Source: Geosiphon pyriformis uo1
Taxonomy: Eukaryota; Fungi; Glomeromycota
Direction of reading: 5' to 3'
NCBI GenBank assembly: GCA_016748015.1
Contig: JAAOMT010000760.1
Location: forward strand, 124,001 to 188,000
DNA length: 64,000 nucleotides
This document shows positions 26,966 through 38,500 of this stretch, piece by piece. Positions within the stretch are counted from its first letter, which is position 1. Each line of letters starts with the position of its first letter. The notes beneath the pieces were generated by a model, which did not search any database, was not told where the DNA came from, and saw only the letters and a program-made list of their open reading frames with translations. A program made the translations under genes and the position numbers.

Positions 26966-28118
26966 AAATCTTTTGCTTTCGGCCTTTTCGTGGAACTGTG
27001 ATCGATTTGTAAAAAAAAAGTTTATGATTAAAATCTTTTTTAACTTCGATTTCCCCAAAGATTCATCTTGATTATCTTGTTTAGTCATTTATTTATTTAT
27101 TGTTTGTTGAATCAAAAGTAGATACCCAATTATTTTCGCATCAACTTCAAACCGTAATAAGTCTTGGAAATTTAAAATACTCTACAGTAAGTTTTTGAAC
27201 GAGAATTTTGCGGTTCCAATTTTCGTAAATATTGTATTGGAATCCAATCCAAGTTATTGGGCTCACAAAATTTGGACAGTATTTGCTAGGAAACTATGGC
27301 TGTTTAACAATATGATAAGCTTAAGTGAATTAGATTTCTTCAATTTTTTTAGTTGTGTAAATAGGCCTTTGCTGTAGAAAGCGCAAAGATCCTCCTTTAC
27401 TTTAGAGCATTTATATGATCTATATATGTATATAGTGGTTGGACTGTACACATCTTATGATAATAAAGCAATTGAAACAAAATTCAAATTGTTGTTAATC
27501 ATTTGCGAATCTTTAGACTCTTCAAAGTTGAAAGCAAAAAAACCAAGAGGTTCAAATTTTCTAATGGCTATTAAATTACGCGCGCTTAAAATAAGCAGAA
27601 AATTTTTAGCCATTCTATTTACAAAAATGATTTTAAATAGGAAAGCCACAAGCTTGAAGAACTAAAAAATTTTCAGATCGAATATTGGTTGTCTAAATTG
27701 AATACAAAAGTTCGAGCCTCATACATGTAAATGTTGTTTTTAAATGACATTGATGATATATTTTTCATTGAAAGGAAAGCTTTTCAAGTTTAAAAGCATC
27801 AAAAATTTTTCAAAAGGTTAAACCTTAATTTTACAAAATGACTAATTCAAACAAGGTAAAAATGATAGGCATTACTGTTTTTTCTTGTCTAATAAAAGAA
27901 CCATTTTTCACCTATTTGAAAGCATCAAGTGTTCACTCTAATTGATTTGTTTTGCAAAGAATAGAAATGATAACGATTAAGCTAACGGGCTCTTTAATAT
28001 GAATTAAAAATGGTCTTTTTTCAAGAGCTAGTCGCGATTAAAATAGACTTATGTTTACTTTATATTTAATATCACAATCAACTTATATTTATCAATTTTG
28101 CTTATTTTAAAATGAAAT

Positions 28119-29739
28119 CTACCAAAAGTCTGGTTTTACAGCTGGACATTTTCTCATATCAAATCCTAAATATGGACCCATTCGTTGTTTCAAGGAACCC
28201 GTCTGCTGTTGTCTCCATTTATTGCAATCCTAGTCACAGAATTGAGATTAGTGTTTTTCATAATTTTAAAAATTTTTTGGGTCAAAATTCCCGATGAATA
28301 TTATCACTAAGTTTATCAATGACTCACCTGTGGTTCAGTGATTCGTTCAGATTGTTGGTTTAAAACTCCTAGACATTCATATATAGGTGGGAAATCGATG
28401 ACCTGATTACCTTCTCCTTCTTCTTCCCTAACCACAGAACTAGCGCAATTACAGTCATCATCAATCCAATACTCTTTTATATGATGAAAATAACCGAGCT
28501 CATCGGATGGCGTTTGAGGTATGTAATCATCAGAGAGCGTGACTCGAAAGACCATATTCGTTGATCCGGTTAACGCGGATGGATTGTTTAATTCATTATT
28601 CACGTATTGAGCAAATTCCCAGTTTCCGAAACGAGGTGCGCCATAGGTGTATACTTTCAGATCGAGTGTTGATGGGATTCGAGTATCAGATTGAAATTGT
28701 TTTATTAAGAGGGCTGTAAATATGGCTAAAACTAAAAATTATTGAGCCATTTTAAATTTAGATTAGAGGAATCAAAACGTAAAATACACTATTCAAAAAA
28801 ATTTCTATTTTAAATATCTTAAATCAACTTTGAAACTTACCACCACCAATATTAAACCCAGTCAGCCTAACTCGTGTTATTCCCGGATTATCTTTAAAAT
28901 AAATCAGAATCATCTCCATTATTCTCGCCCGAATACTTTTAAATTTCATATATATAAACTCGTTGACTTGGATATTATTTCTTTGAATTTCAAAATAAGA
29001 AATCATTTTGGGGTTTTTAGAAGGTTCTCTATTGTAATGTAACGTTAATACAAATGTTTCCGAGTTGAGTTTCGTAATTCGAGCTTCAAAAGAGAGGGTT
29101 TATGAGATTAATTAATAATTAAAAATTTTATAGTTTCAATTGTTGCCAATTAATTTTCCAAATACCATAAAGACCAGTGTCAAATCTGTCCTTTCTTGCT
29201 CGAAGGCAATTTCCAAGACTTGCAAATTGTGCAAACATTTGTAATTCAATGATACTTGGAAAATTTTCGTCCCCCATAATTAGTCTACGTTTTGTGATCG
29301 GGTTCGGGTCACCAGGTGCTACTCGTGGCAGTCCTGAATCTGGTGAATTTATTGCTATACTGGGTTTATTTCCTTGTTTTTTCATAATCAGTTCAATTTT
29401 ATTTCGTTGATGATTTAATAAATATAAATTTGTTGAATCTCTTTTGTTGCGAAGTTGATTTCTTTGAATTAACTTGTTTGGTTTTTTATATGTTTTTGTA
29501 TTTTGTAAGTTAATAAAAGTGTTTGAAAATTGGTTTTTTGAACTATCGTTTAAAGGAGAAAATATATTATTAAACTTAATTTCGTTTTTAAAAATTGGAT
29601 CAGTTTTAACATTTTCAAGTGAATATTCAATACTCAATTTTAACGATGAAAATTTGTAGGCTATAAATACAAGAAAAAAAAAGATAATTGAAACGCCGCC
29701 ATTGATTCTGCAGAAATTTGACTTCAAATTTAGGAACAT
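28119..29739 (-). CDS. Class-3 lipase-like protein B, predicted inactive (~443 aa; exons 29739-29166, 29083-28841, 28731-28328, 28229-28119)
   Basis: N-terminal TM, FAQFASLGNC, GFNIGG, YTYGAPRFGN, RVTLSDDYIPQTP, QRMGPYLG. Same three intron positions and phases as gene A; exon 2 is 243 nt in both. Confidence 0.88.
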
Positions 29740-30217
29740 TTTTCTTTCTTAATCAATCAGAATTTTTTTTTCTTAAAAATTCATTATTGTGTACGTATAG
29801 TTCTCAGATCATTTATTTTGTTTCAAGAATTCAAGGATTTAAATTGCTTAATCACCATTTTAATTAGTGCCAATAAATTCTTTAACCTTTAAGCGGCTAG
29901 ACCATTCTCAAATTTGAATTTTTTTTTTTGAAAACTCTTGGAAACGAACGATTTATTAATTTTAAAAGATTAATTTGCAAGTCAAATAAAATTTTTTTAT
30001 CATTAAGTATAAAAGCTTTCTCATTTTACATGTAATATATATTTTTTTCTTTTATAAACAAAATGAAAAAAAGATATAGCTACTAAATTGGAAATTTCAG
30101 TCAATTATAAACACTTTTGACGAAAAATTTATTTATATCGAGAATTTACAGATGAAATATATATAAAAAACTCCTCCCAATGATATTTATTTTCAATATT
30201 AAGCCAAATAGTTTTGT

Positions 30218-31733
30218 TTAAATTAATATTAAAGTGTCCGAAATTTTAAACTTGCCACAATATCCCATACCGTATCCAAAGTATGGTCCAAGACGTTGAA
30301 ATATTTTTTCGTTGGAGTCCATTTTTTTCTGTGATTTTTTATTACAGTCCTTTTTTTTAAGTAAGAATGAAAAAATTGGTTTTAAGGATTAAAATTTTTT
30401 TAAAATTAAAAAAATTTCAAACTTTTTCAACCAACCGACCTGGGGTTCACTTAGATATCCATCAGACATCCAAGTTCCAGAACATTCATAAAGAGGTTGG
30501 GAGCCAGAAGGACAATCACAATTAAGATCTAACCAATACTCTGATGAATGATGAAATATCCCAAATTTCCAAAGCTTCTTGGAATTTGTGGGATAAAATC
30601 ATCCCGATAGGTAACTCTAAATATTCCAGGAGTGCTGAAATTTTTTTTAGAAATTGGATCTAACTTTATTGTTATAAACACCAGTTCAATATGTTTCGCC
30701 AATACGTAATTGCCGAATCGAGGTGAACCATAGGTGAAAACCTCAATGTTCAATTTTTTTTGGTTCAATATATTTAATGGTTGGAAGGCGTAAAGTTGAT
30801 CTAAGTGTTGGCTTGTTTGCAATTTTTTTGAAGGATTTAAACGACTTGAAGATTTTAATTCTAGACCTGCGAATACTGCCATGACTTTTGAAAAAGGTCA
30901 AAAGTTTTTTAAAATATTATTTAAATAAAACTTAAAAACTTAAAAACTTTTTAAATTTTTAAATTAACATACCACCACCCAAATAATGTCCAATTAATCG
31001 AATCATCTCAATTTCAGATTTATTTAAGAGAAAATCGTTCAATTTTTCCATAAATTTGTTTTTTACTGTCAAAAATTCATTATAGAGTGTCGCATCTACA
31101 GTTGCTTCAGGAATATTTGGAAAGGGTTGTAGAATTTTTGGAGCATCTTTCCAAGATGAACTTGTTCATCTGAAGTAGATTACAAGTAATTTGTCAACTT
31201 TATCGAAATCAACTAGTTTTAAAAAAATATTAAAAGATTTAAAATTTTTTCACGTTAATGTTTAGAGTAAAACGATTTGACTGATTAAAAAAAATTTAAA
31301 GTGCTACCAAATGTATTTTCATCTAATTGATTTTTAGGTTCTACCAAACAATATGCATGTTTTGCCCAAAATGCATAAGTTTCAAGCTTTGCGATTATTA
31401 GACTTGGGATTGTGATGAAACGTTTTGTGATTGACTCTGAATTATCTTGTGAATTCAGGTCTCGCTTTGTTGACTATAAAAAGAAAGTTGAGAAAAAAAA
31501 TTATACATTTTTGTTTGAAATGTGTAAATAGGAATATATTTCTTGTGATAATTTATTTTCGTTGTATTATTCACCTTAAATCCTTTAGATTTTATTGAAT
31601 AGATATTTTGATATTCATTTTTCATTTGAAGTCCTTGAAGAAATGGATATACAAAAAGTAAGCAATATACAAAGATGAAAATGGGTATTTTCAAGGTTAG
31701 GAACAAATTTAAGTTCTTTGAAAAATTGAGCAT
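30218..31733 (-). pseudogene. Class-3 lipase-like pseudogene C (5 exons: 31733-31575, 31473-31308, 31212-30973, 30884-30440, 30349-30218)
   Basis: YAFWAKHAYC, GHYLGG, FTYGSPRFGN, RVTYRDDFIPQIP, QRLGPYFG. In-frame TGA in FR(G)T at 31166-31168 and a 1-nt frameshift near 30555. Confidence 0.82.
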
Positions 31734-31939
31734 ATTGAAATTTAAAGGTTAAAAAATTAATATATATATATTTATTAGATTTATATAAAGTGGATAAGCG
31801 ATCTATTCGATTTCATGAATTTTTTAAATTTTTTAAATCTAATCTCGGCAAAAATCATCACAAATGGTTAAATATAATCAGTTTCTCGATCTCTACTCAT
31901 TATTTATTTCGAGTAAGATAATTATTTGGGAAGATGATT

Positions 31940-31940
<1 letters not shown>

Positions 31941-32010
<70 letters not shown>

Positions 32011-32014
32011 AAAA

Positions 32015-32046
<32 letters not shown>
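31941..32046 (+). repeat. Poly(A) tract (A68-TAAAAAC-A31) at the gene/retroelement boundary
   Basis: Read directly. Confidence 0.9.
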
Positions 32047-32052
<6 letters not shown>

Positions 32053-32379
32053 TATTTTAAAAAAATTGCTATTAAATATAATAGATAATTAAAAAAGTTG
32101 TTTTTTGGTTATTTTGGCTTTTTTAATTATTTAAACAATAATAATAAAAAGAATAAAAAAAATAACTTGGTTATTGGCTTTTTATTAAAAACTTTAAAAC
32201 TTTTAAAAGAAATAATAATTATATTAAAATTATTTTAAATAAATTATTTTAAAAAAATTTTAAAAGAAAAAACTTTTAACTAAAAATAAAAAAAATGCTT
32301 TTAAAATAATAAAAAGCTATTTAATTATTATATTATTTAAAAAAAAACACTATTATAAAATAAATAAAAAGTTTTAAAA

Positions 32380-34700
32380 AAACTCTTTTTGTCTCCTTAA
32401 TTTTATGACCACGACCAGAGCAAAGAGTAAAAAAGCTGCACCTGATATCTGTCCTGAAATATCTAATAAAATTTCAACCAGAGGAGCTCTCTCTGTTGTA
32501 GAAGCAACTAGACAAAACGTTTTAAAAGCCTTTTCTTTACTCAGTAATCGTGATAAGCTGTCTTTGGTAACCACTGAAACAATTTTCTCATCTTTGGCTG
32601 GTTTTTCACCAGTCAAAGTTTTCTCAAAGAGACACACTTGAATTAGTTCTAGTGTTGCCTCCACCCCAACCAAGAGCCCAAAAGTTTTTAATAATAGACC
32701 AGTAAATAAGCTGGTTTTCTCCTCCATAAATTCAACACTTGGTGCTGCTAGCACTACCTCTTCAAAAAAAAAATGGTCAAAAAGACCAAAAGTTCAGAAA
32801 AGTAGGGACAGTCACTTGCCTCTGCTATTGTTACACCGAACTCCTTTGTGGTTCCCAATGAGATCTTAGATGAGATCTCCATAGCATCATCCAGCATGTT
32901 GTCTAAGATGGGCCAAGATCAACCACTGGCTGTGTTGCCAAATATGGTATCTTCCAGCAGATTATTGCTGGTTTTAGAAACAAAACAATCTTCTCCTATT
33001 GGGTTACCTATTCTTGGGAACTGGGCTGATCAAATAGAAATTGAATCATCTTCTCTTCTATTTCTGGTGCTACTTTTGATGGTGCTTGGGAAACTATTAC
33101 TAGTTGTCAAAGGTTTGCTGAATGGATGGCCTCCATTCTGGTGTTTGGTGCTACTTTTAAGATCAAATTGGCTTATGTTAAGGCTGTTTTTCAGTCTGTA
33201 CATGGTTTTTTGGGTGCTAAATCTGTTTCAAAAGACAATATAAAGCTTTTCTGTGTGGAGTTTGCTTCTCAACAGTTTTTGAAAGCTGTGTTTCTAGTTG
33301 AGCTTACAAGCTCTGTTCACTTGGCCACTTTCAAAATTACCAAGTCTTTGGTGGTTTCTGAATCTGGTTCCTCTTCTGTTACTGTTGCACTGTGTGATGT
33401 ACTTTTGGGTGTGTCAATTGCTAATATTAAGACAGCTTTTAGTATTTGGTGAAGTTGTCTGTGTTGTGCTAAAGTCTGCTGGTGTTTGGCAGTATGTGGT
33501 TGTTTACTTTAAGGAATTGGATGCTGCTACTGCTGCTCTCAATCATTGATTGATTTTGGTGGGCAAAGATAGTGTTAGGATCCTTCTAGTTATTAATCAG
33601 AATGAGGCCATTCTGTTTTGTGATAGGTTTAAGGCCAAGTTGGTCAATTTTCCTTCTGGCTGCACAGCTTTTGAAATTAGTGATATGATTTCTTGAGTTG
33701 GTGGGTAAACATGCTTCATCCCTTGGTCTCCTAATTCTGGTCATTGTTTCCAGTTTGCTTTGGTTATATTTGACTCTTAAAACGATTTGGATTCTGCTGT
33801 GGTCAAGACTAGTACTCTAAGGAAATGCCATATCTGGTGGGAAACTCCTGGCTGCCAGCACTGCTTTAGGTGTCAAAAAGTAGGCCATCTGGCTGCAAAT
33901 TGTAAGGTTTTTCTGCCTCTCTCTTCTAAGGCTCCTAAGATGTTTAATACACATTTTGTGAGTGGTGTTTCTTATACAAAAGCTTTTGTCTCTCTAAATG
34001 TTTCTGAATTTCTTCTTTTGGTGGCTTCTGATCTGCTAGCTCCTCCGCTTGCTGCATCTTTTGTTGCTCCTGTTGCTGACTCTACTGTTGAACTTAGATT
34101 GAATTCTATGGAAAAACAGATTTTAGATCTGACTGCTTTGGTTAAGTCTGTCATTAAGCCAATTAGTTCTTTGGTTATGTTGGTTACTACTCTTTTGAAT
34201 AATAATGTGGTCAAGGCTCTAAAGGTTGAGAAAGATCTCCTGACTATATGTAATGCCTCCAAGGGCTTTGTTGATTTTTTGGTTGGTGTGTCTAAGGATT
34301 TTGCCAGTCTTAAGGCTGAGGTGGAGTTTAGTAATCTTGATAATAATGATATTGATGCTGCTAAGGCTTCTCTATTGAGTGAGGACACAATTGATCATGC
34401 AGTTGCCTTGTGGCAAATGTGTGGTCCTAAAGTTAAAGGTAACAGTGAAAAAACTAGATTGTTTTTTAGTGAGTTTATTTTTGATTCTAGAAATTTGAAT
34501 GGTATTATTAAGAGACTTGGTGAGCTGGGTTTTCTCCCGGCTTTTTTTGATTCAGCTTAGTTGGTACTTTGACTAATTCAGGTGGTTGGTCATATGTAGA
34601 AAGAGTATGAAACACATCTAATTTGTAATTCCATAGTGACACAGTATATTAGATAGTATTTGGGCACACTTTTTTAAAACATTAATAAATAAAAAAATTA
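32380..34700 (+). mobile_element. ORF1-only non-LTR element (HAL1-like), degenerate
   Basis: One broken reading frame 32405-34560 (MTTTRAKSKK...PAFFDSA*) with the same RRM-like blocks as the LINE ORF1s (GVWQYVVVYF, LVGKDSVRI) and a CFRCQKVGHLAANC knuckle. It is followed directly by the LINE-type 3' tail (GGTGGTTGGTCATATGTAGAAA, 34581) and an A-rich end; no ORF2. Confidence 0.8.
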
Positions 34701-35569
34701 TAAAATATTATCAAATAGTTTTAATAGCTATTAGTATTTTATTAATAAAAAAACCACCAATTATTTTATGTAATAAAAAAAGTAAAAAAATATAGCTTTT
34801 TTATTTTTTGTTTTAATTATAATTATAAAAAATGAGAAAAAACAATTTTTTTTTAAATATTTATATGTAAAAACTAATAAATTTTAATTGTAATTAATAT
34901 AAAAATACTTATTAGTTATTTTTTATTGTATTTTTTATTTTTTAAATATTGTAAAATTATTAAATATAAATTTAATATGCTTTTTTAGTTATATTATTAA
35001 TTATTATTTAATAAAATATAATTTAATTACAATTTATTTTTAAAATTTAAAAATCTAAAATAAGATTAAAAATTTAATAAATTACTTTGTTATTTTTGTT
35101 TAATAAATTAAATATTAAAATTATACATAACAATATTTATCAATATAAATTATTTAAAAAAATTTTTAATTTTAAGAAAATTATTAAAATATCTATTTTT
35201 TAAATTAAAATTATTTTTTTTATATTTAAAAACTATTACTTATAAGCTAAAAAAACTTTTTTAAATTAACTTAATACAATTAAAAACATATTAAAAAAAC
35301 AATTTATACAGTTTTTAATTAGTATTTATTAAAATAAATATTATTAAACATAATATGCACAAAAAATATATAAAATTTTATTAATTAATTATTAATTTAT
35401 TTAAAAAAAAAGTTTAACAAATATTTTAACAATAGTTTTATTTAATTTTTAATAAATTCTGAATTTTTTTAATTGTTTTTGTTAAAAAAAAAGAAAATTA
35501 AATTTGTATTAATTATAAAAAATTTAATAATATTATAAAAAATGCTTAAAATTAATAATATAGTAAAAT

Positions 35570-38500
35570 TATTAGATTTAACAAGTGCAGCCCAACCACT
35601 ACTTAATTACATAAAATTAACAGATCTTATATTAAGTATGGCTCATACATTTTCCACACGTGACCAGCCACTTAAGCCAGTTAAGGCAATACTATACACC
35701 AAGAATACCAGCCATAAGAAAATCACATAGAAAACCAAACTGCACACTATTTAAGTAAGGATGGAAACCAAAACATGTATGTATACCTAACTTAATCCCA
35801 AAATTATGAACTATGTCACAGGACCAAACCAAAAACAAACCAGTCACTAACAGAACAATGGATCTATCACGTGGCAAAAGGCCATGTTTCTTATAATGGG
35901 CCCTCAGTTTGGCCCTTGGCAGCCATATACTAGACCTGTAATTCTCAGCAAAACGACAAACCAGGTCAACCATCAGGGATCCACTATTTGATTCAATCTT
36001 CAAAAACCACTTTGTTTCAGCCACCCAGTCTTTAAACACGAAACCTTTGGACAAAGACATGTACAGACTATTTAAGTCTGTAGCCTCATAAAGTGAGCAA
36101 ACCACTACATCACAGGTGGCACGCACATCTACTAAAATTGTTTAATCTTTGATGGCTTCTGATATTAAGTCATTACAAATATTGATATTGAAAACACAAA
36201 CAAATGTGTGATCTGAATCTTCTAAAAGTCCATAATAAATGCACAATACACTAGGATAACTTAGATTATATAATTTTTTTCTCTTGGCCACAGGCAACTG
36301 ATGGTGCAAGGCCTTTATAAAGTACAAACGGAGCATCACAGAAGCAAAACTTGTGTAACCAGACTTAACCAGACCATCTGCGTACCACACGTTAAAAGTA
36401 TGATGCTTGTCTATCAAACCACTGAGAGATTTATTAACTATGCCACTTGCATACCTGGATTCCCACCCAACAAGATTAACAGCTTCATAAAGTCTCCTAA
36501 CCACGTAACAAGTGTTGCCAAAAAGAATTCTGTCTTTTATACTAAGAAAGTGGTGCAACATTTTGACAGGAAAAATAAAACTAGAACCAGCAGCACTGGC
36601 AAAAAAGTCAGCATGTTTGTTGCCAATGACACCAGCATGGCCTTTTACCTTATTTGATGTACCAAAAAATTTTTTGACAGAATAGTATCACAAATAAATT
36701 CACATTCCATCCAGCATTTTCTTCTGAAGTCCAGTTTGGTGCTTACTAAGGTAGTCACACATAAGTCCAACAAAGCCTAACTATCAGTAAACAACACTAC
36801 TGAGCTATGACTAGGAACACAGTCCAAGGCTAGAGTAATTGTCTGTATTTTCACAAGTGTAGAAGACAGTAAACCAGAAACTTTAACACTAACACCAATG
36901 TCAGCACTAGGGAAATAAGCGGCAGCGCTACCACTAGCACCAAAGAAACCAAAATCTCTAACTGAACTGTCAGTATAAACAGGTATAACATCAGAACCCA
37001 TCCGTCTTAGATGATCCTTAACATAACCAGTGTTGTATGAGAAAAATTTGGAAAAGGGGAGATACGATAAGTTGCTACTACCAACCAGACCACCAGACTC
37101 AATAAATTCCACAAGAAAAACAAACCAACCAGGTATTAGTCTTCTAGAATTCAACTTTTTCCATCTATGAAACGTATTCCATGTAAAACACCTGTCACAA
37201 CAGTTTAAAAACTGGTTCACATAGATTATCCCAAATCTTCTGAGCAAACCTACCACTTTCATGTAAATGTCCAGTCCAAAGACATTAGCAGCAGCGACTT
37301 CACTGCTTGCATGAAACACATTAGTCACACTACTTCCTAAGGACAGACCACAAGATGAAAGTGTGTTTGTTATGCCAGCTAAAAAACAGTCTACAGGATC
37401 ACCCGGAAGCATCATTGGAAAATTGAAAGGGTTTCAGGACAGCCAACTAACGGCCTGCAGATCTATTGTATGGTGTTTGAACAAGTTGCCAAGTATGCCC
37501 ACAGAATTGGCAAAGAACACAAAATTGGCCAGTGAATTTTTGACTAGGAGCTGCCTAAATAGCACCATGTTATATAAATCTGGATAATAAAAAGCCTCTG
37601 TGGGAAAATTTTTAGGCAGATTAGCCTTGAGTTTCAGATCTTTTCTCAACAACTTGTTCCATTTTTCATACACACTAATAGGAACATGACTAAATTAGAG
37701 CCTATAATTAATGATAGGCTGTAAAACAGCAGAAACTAAATACAGAAATTGTTTATCAGAAACTGTTTTCCTTAGAACCAAGTTCGTAAAAAACTTCAAG
37801 TCCAAATATGCCTTAACAATACTAGGGTGAGAAAGTCCCTCAATTGATAAAAAAATGCCCAAGTATCTATGAGCCTCACATTTTTTCGCTATTGTAATGT
37901 TCAATTTACTGATTACCAATTGAAAATTGGCAGCTTTTTTGTTGATTGGTATCTACATTGATCGAAATGTCATTGACACAAAAAAACTTATTAGCAATAT
38001 TTAAAATACTTTAAATAGCAGTCAAGCTGTTCCCAATTCAGATTGTATCATCCACAAAGGCTCCAGCAGCCATAAAGAACACCTTGCTAGACCCAAAATC
38101 TAGTTTGCCAGTGCATGTAAAGAATCTGGATTCCATTCTATAACCATATGCATATCCAAACTTCTTGACCTCGCAAAGCAAAGGATCATAAAAGATTCTC
38201 TACAGTAATGGAGAGAAAACTTCTCCCTGGTTAAGTCCATCATAGACTGTGTATCCTGATGTCAACCCAAAATCTGTCATAACATGGTTTATCCAACCAT
38301 TGTGAATATTTTCAAAAAACTTAACAAAACGAGGACACATTTTGATCCTGTTCAGACTATTTTTCAAGTAATACCATCCAACAGAATTATATGCTTTTTG
38401 CATGTCCTGCAGCACCAATCACACTTCTCTGCTCTTTTTCAGAGCATCTTTGACCACCAAGCCAACAGCAAAAATTAGAGAAAAAGTAGACATGCCCCTC

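Noticed and set aside
31864-32052. Poly-lysine ORF
   Set aside because: An artefact of translating the poly(A) tract.
32340-34720. TSD for the plus-strand ORF1-only element (TTATAAAATA on both sides)
   Set aside because: The flanks are almost pure A/T and the left copy is offset from the end, so the match is uninformative.
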